A stretch of DNA of 7,924 nucleotides from a virus. Taxonomy: Duplodnaviria > Heunggongvirae > Uroviricota > Caudoviricetes. Below the pieces are notes generated by a model. That model was not told where the DNA came from. It searched no databases and was given only the letters and a program-made list of their open reading frames with translations. Every line of letters starts with the position of its first letter. Position 1 is the stretch's first letter. Below are positions 6,417 to 7,924 of this stretch, piece after piece. The translations under genes were made by a program, and so were the position numbers. The DNA lies in the IMG/VR virus record IMGVR_UViG_2526164602_000016; one strand, written 5' to 3'.

Positions 6417-7730
6417 ATGGCAGTAAAGATTTCAGGTGTACTGAAAGACGGCACAGGAAAACCGGTAGAGAACTGCACCATTCAACTGAAAGCCAGACGT
6501 AACAGCGCCACGGTGGTGGTGAACACGGTGGCCTCTGAAAATCCGGATGAAGCCGGTCGTTACAGCATGGACGTTGAGTACGGTCAGTACAGCGTCATTC
6601 TGTTGGTGGAAGGATTCCCGCCGTCACATGCCGGGACCATCACCGTGTATGAAGATTCTCAACCCGGTACGCTGAATGATTTTCTCGGTGCCATGTCGGA
6701 GGATGACGTCCGGCCGGAGGCACTGCGTCGTTTTGAACTGATGGTGGAAGAAGCGGCGCGTCACGCTGAGGAGGCGAAGAAGAATGCCGGAGAGGCGGAG
6801 ACGTCCGCGAGGAATGCCGGCATATCAGCCAGTCAGGCAGAAGAGAGCGCGGCAAATGCTGACACTTCAGCAGGGGATGCATTGGAGTCAGCCCGGCAGG
6901 CGGCAGAAAGTGCAGCCGCTGCAAAGCAGTCAGAGGATGCGTCCTCGTCCTCGGCTTCTGCGGCCGCTCAAAAAGCCAGTGAGTCATCACAAAGTGCAGC
7001 AGAAGCTGAATTGTCAAGAAAGACGGCAGAAAGTGCAGCCGGTAATGCAGCCAGGGATGCAACGACCGCAACAGAAAAAGCCCGGGAGTCAGCAGAAAGC
7101 GCACAGTCAGCGGAACAAAGCAGGATAGCGGCGGAAGAGGCCGTAAACCGAATCCCCACCGTGGTGGGGCCTCCCGGGCCAAAGGGGGAACCGGGGCCCG
7201 CGGGTCCTCAGGGGCCGAAGGGAGATAAAGGAGAGCGTGGAGACACCGGCCCGGCAGGGGCAACCGGCGAACGGGGACCGGCAGGTGATGCTGGTCCGGC
7301 AGGCCCGCAGGGGCCGAAAGGTGACAGGGGAGAGCGGGGAGAGACCGGTCTGACGGGAAATGCAGGTCCACAGGGTCCAAAGGGAGATACCGGTGCGGCA
7401 GGCCCGGCAGGCCCACAGGGACCGAAAGGAGAAACAGGTGCGGCTGGCCCGGTGGGGGCAACCGGACCTCAGGGACCGAAGGGCGACCCGGGGGAGACAC
7501 AAATCCGTTTTCGTCTGGGGCCGGCGAGCATTATTGAGACAAACAGCAATGGCTGGTTCCCGGATACAGATGGCGCACTCATCACCGGACTGACCTTTCT
7601 TGACCCCAAAGATGCCACACGGGTTCAGGGTTTTTTTCAGCATTTGCAGGTCAGGTTTGGTGACGGGCCGTGGCAGGATGTTAAGGGGCTGGATGAAGTG
7701 GGCAGTGATACAGGCAGAACAGGAGAATGA
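6417..7730 (+). CDS. stf: Side tail fibre (Stf-like) protein with an Ala/Ser/Glu-rich low-complexity region and a collagen-like Gly-X-Y domain
   Basis: The N-terminus [30 protein letters not shown]...[44 protein letters not shown] matches the lambda Stf N-terminus from memory. The track start at 6411 is a GTG; the ATG at 6417 aligns with lambda. About 36 Gly-X-Y triplets follow, then a 77-aa C-terminal segment. Stop TGA at 7728-7730. Confidence 0.8.
   Translation: MAVKISGVLKDGTGKPVENCTIQLKARRNSATVVVNTVASENPDEAGRYSMDVEYGQYSVILLVEGFPPSHAGTITVYEDSQPGTLNDFLGAMSEDDVRPEALRRFELMVEEAARHAEEAKKNAGEAETSARNAGISASQAEESAANADTSAGDALESARQAAESAAAAKQSEDASSSSASAAAQKASESSQSAAEAELSRKTAESAAGNAARDATTATEKARESAESAQSAEQSRIAAEEAVNRIPTVVGPPGPKGEPGPAGPQGPKGDKGERGDTGPAGATGERGPAGDAGPAGPQGPKGDRGERGETGLTGNAGPQGPKGDTGAAGPAGPQGPKGETGAAGPVGATGPQGPKGDPGETQIRFRLGPASIIETNSNGWFPDTDGALITGLTFLDPKDATRVQGFFQHLQVRFGDGPWQDVKGLDEVGSDTGRTGE
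7167..7496 (+). repeat. Collagen-like Gly-X-Y triplet repeat coding region within the stf-like gene
   Basis: Translation [110 protein letters not shown]. The unit GPQGPKG[D/E] recurs five times, so the nucleotide sequence is degenerately repetitive and GC-rich. Confidence 0.85.
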
Positions 7731-7731
7731 C

Positions 7732-7924
7732 ATGAACATATTAAAAAAACTTATGCAGCGTCTGTGCGGTTGCGGAAAGCATGATGACCGTGAAAACGGG
7801 CAGTCACTTACAGCACAGCTGCGACTGGGACCGGCAGACATTCTGGAGTCCGATGAGAATGGTATTATCCCGGAGCAGGACAGGGTAATCACGCAGGTGG
7901 TGATACTGGATGCGGATAAAAAGC
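7732..7924 (+). CDS. Hypothetical protein, 3'-partial, possibly an alternative tail-fibre C-terminal module
   Basis: ATG at 7732 lies 1 nt after the stf-like stop and has an AGGAG Shine-Dalgarno sequence at 7721-7725. It is open to the window end (64 codons, MNILKKLMQRLCGCGKHDDRENGQSLTAQLRLGPADILESDENGIIPEQDRVITQVVILDADKK). Residues 30-64 resemble the stf-like segment [34 protein letters not shown]. It is absent from the ORF track because no stop falls inside the window. Confidence 0.5.
   Translation, partial: MNILKKLMQRLCGCGKHDDRENGQSLTAQLRLGPADILESDENGIIPEQDRVITQVVILDADKK

Noticed and set aside
7167-7496. Possible CRISPR array or other tandem DNA repeat in the GC-rich repetitive tract
   Set aside because: The periodicity is 9-nt Gly-X-Y codon triplets within an open reading frame, with no repeat-spacer architecture. 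It is a protein-coding collagen-like repeat.
6640-7892. Long minus-strand ORFs (6640..7500, 7107..7892) and + strand out-of-frame ORFs (6784..7128, 7360..7593) across the stf region
   Set aside because: They are artefacts of the GC-rich, repetitive collagen and Ala/Ser-coding tract. Their translations are Pro/Arg/Ser-rich and lack start context. The in-frame stf reading has clear homology.

Overview
This window is the tail-tip and tail-fibre end of a lambda-like (lambdoid) phage or prophage late operon, most likely from an enterobacterial host. All genes are on the + strand in lambda order: L (5'-partial), K, I, J, lom, an stf-like side tail fibre gene, and the start of a further ORF. Calls rest on my own reading of the translations against remembered lambda proteins and on motifs visible in the sequence; no database search was run. 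Three things stand out. First, L and J each change reading frame at a single point (near nt 47 and nt 2632), so this copy looks like a defective prophage unless these are sequencing errors. Second, an AT-rich insert of about 340 bp sits between I and J (lambda has about 60 bp there, from memory) and contains a candidate minus-strand small RNA with its own promoter and intrinsic terminator, plus a separate perfect 13-bp hairpin. Third, the stf-like gene is short, carries collagen-like Gly-X-Y repeats, and is followed by a tightly coupled ORF that repeats the motif found just after the collagen tract, suggesting modular tail-fibre exchange. No tRNA, rRNA, CRISPR array, integrase or transposase is visible.
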